Below are positions 63,031-64,000 of a stretch of 64,000 bases of DNA, one piece after another. The position numbers and the translations under genes were made by a program. Every line of letters starts with the position of its first letter. Position 1 is the first letter of the stretch. This stretch comes from a virus (Duplodnaviria > Heunggongvirae > Uroviricota > Caudoviricetes): positions 187,133-251,132 of IMG/VR virus record IMGVR_UViG_3300031417_000403. One strand, 5' to 3'. The notes under the pieces were generated by a model. It was not told where the DNA came from. It worked only from the letters and a program-made list of their open reading frames with translations, and made no database searches.

Positions 63031-63371
63031 AAGTAGAATTTCGACGTAGTCAGCTGTTCAATCAGACGCTGGCGAAGCACAAAGGTATCGCAAATAAACT
63101 TGCTGAATTCATTCAGTTCAAGACGAACGATCCTATGGCAAGATTTGGAAAGAAGGACCAGCACTTTGCTGGTGGCGACTTGGGCGAGACTGGGTTAATC
63201 CATGCTCACTTGACGAACGACATCAGCGTATTGTATCGCCGATCAGGACGAGACCCAACGTACATCGACCTGATAGCATTGCTGACGCATGATGATTTGG
63301 GAACGGGTAATCCGCCGAATCAGAAGCAGCAACGCAAGATGGCGAAAGTGTTGAGCAATGAAAAGGTTTAA
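63027..63371 (+). CDS. RelE/ParE-superfamily toxin (YafQ-like)
   Basis: GLIHAHLTNDISVLYRRSGRDPTYIDLIALLTHDDL resembles YafQ C-terminal catalytic region. Confidence 0.5.
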   Translation: MKVEFRRSQLFNQTLAKHKGIANKLAEFIQFKTNDPMARFGKKDQHFAGGDLGETGLIHAHLTNDISVLYRRSGRDPTYIDLIALLTHDDLGTGNPPNQKQQRKMAKVLSNEKV

Positions 63372-63379
63372 AGATCAAT

Positions 63380-63453
63380 CGCGGGGTAGTGTAAGTGGTG
63401 GCACATCGGGCTCATAATCCGAAAGACTGGTTCGATTCCAGCGACCGCAACCA
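63380..63453 (+). tRNA. initiator tRNA-fMet (anticodon CAT)
   Basis: cgcgggg...gaccgca-A-CCA with C1-A72 mismatch; anticodon arm tcggg ctcataa tccga. Confidence 0.65.
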
Positions 63454-63456
63454 AAT

Positions 63457-63623
63457 TTGTTGTTAGTGTAGTGGCCCATCACGCTCTAGCAGGGTAGGTA
63501 GACTGTTCAATTCAGCTCACGGTTAATGATCCCATCGGGTCGCATGCAACCCACACTCGATCAACCGGCATGGTGACCGTAAATCCGCATAGAGAAACGC
63601 TGGTTCGAATCCAGCACGACAAA
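63457..63623 (+). tRNA. long tRNA-like gene D (167 nt): ~100-nt insertion within anticodon-stem region, no CCA
   Basis: acceptor ttgttgt/acgacaa, D-arm gtg tagtggcccat cac, T-arm gctgg ttcgaat ccagc; long-range pairing ctcta (63486) with tagag (63598). Confidence 0.4.
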
Positions 63624-63633
63624 TGAAGAACAT

Positions 63634-63723
63634 GGAGAATTAACTATTCAGGGAATAGGACCGCCTGCTAAGCGGATCGCCTGGCTTCGGTCGGGTACGG
63701 TTCGAGTCCGTAGTTCTCCGCCA
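63634..63723 (+). tRNA. tRNA-Ser (anticodon GCT)
   Basis: class II, G73; loop ctgctaa. Confidence 0.75.
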
Positions 63724-63800
63724 AGTTGTAGCAAATGTTGTGGCCTGTCAGGTAAGCCCCTCACGATACTGTTAAATGCGTGGAAGCTGGCAACGAATTT

Positions 63801-63890
63801 GGAGGATAGGTATGCTGGGCATTAACGACTCTCGAAAGGTCGCCCGCTTGGTGTTCCCAGGCGATGGTTCGATTCCATTATCCTCCGCCA
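63801..63890 (+). tRNA. tRNA-Ser (anticodon CGA)
   Basis: class II, G73; arm cgact ctcgaaa ggtcg. Confidence 0.75.
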
Positions 63891-63897
63891 TTACACT

Positions 63898-63982
63898 GGG
63901 TCGTGAGCAGCACTGGCGACTGCAGCGGACTGTAAATCCGCCGCCTCTGGCATACTTGGTTCGACTCCAAGACGACCCACCA
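63898..63982 (+). tRNA. tRNA-Tyr (anticodon GTA)
   Basis: class II; arm gcgga ctgtaaa tccgc; acceptor gggtcgt/acgaccc. Confidence 0.8.
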
Positions 63983-64000
63983 GAAAGAGCAACCCGTTGA

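Overview
This window is a dense, almost entirely plus-strand segment of a large virulent (T4-like-style) phage genome. About 110 short genes are driven by a recurring promoter-RBS cassette (extended -10 TGnTATAAT, then ~20 nt, then ACGGAGA-N4-ATG). Recognisable products include: isocitrate lyase; dCMP deaminase; a GroES-like co-chaperonin; a clamp-loader subunit; an ATP-dependent DNA ligase; an RNA ligase; a minimal ligase-like nucleotidyltransferase; a metallophosphoesterase; a NadM-Nudix NAD-salvage enzyme; a PurA-like adenylosuccinate synthetase; vWA and HIRAN proteins; a histone-H1-like protein; a D-Ala-D-Ala carboxypeptidase; and a membrane island carrying a complete ABC importer, an SPFH protein, a LemA protein, lipoproteins and a superinfection-immunity protein. 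Three HNH and one GIY-YIG homing endonucleases are interspersed. The 3' 15 kb (49.3-64 kb) is a tRNA array of about 35 tRNA or tRNA-like genes. It contains an amber-suppressor tRNA (anticodon CUA). A PTH2-like peptidyl-tRNA hydrolase and an HD-phosphohydrolase both open with a short ATG...CTC-TAG leader in frame with the main ORF. The array also holds a family of about 135-165-nt tRNA-like genes with conserved internal insertions (motif ATTGGTTATC), inverted-repeat hairpins abutting tRNA ends, a duplicated tRNA-Pro flanking an inserted ORF, and a RelE/YafQ-like toxin-antitoxin pair. TAG stop codons are almost absent from the window.
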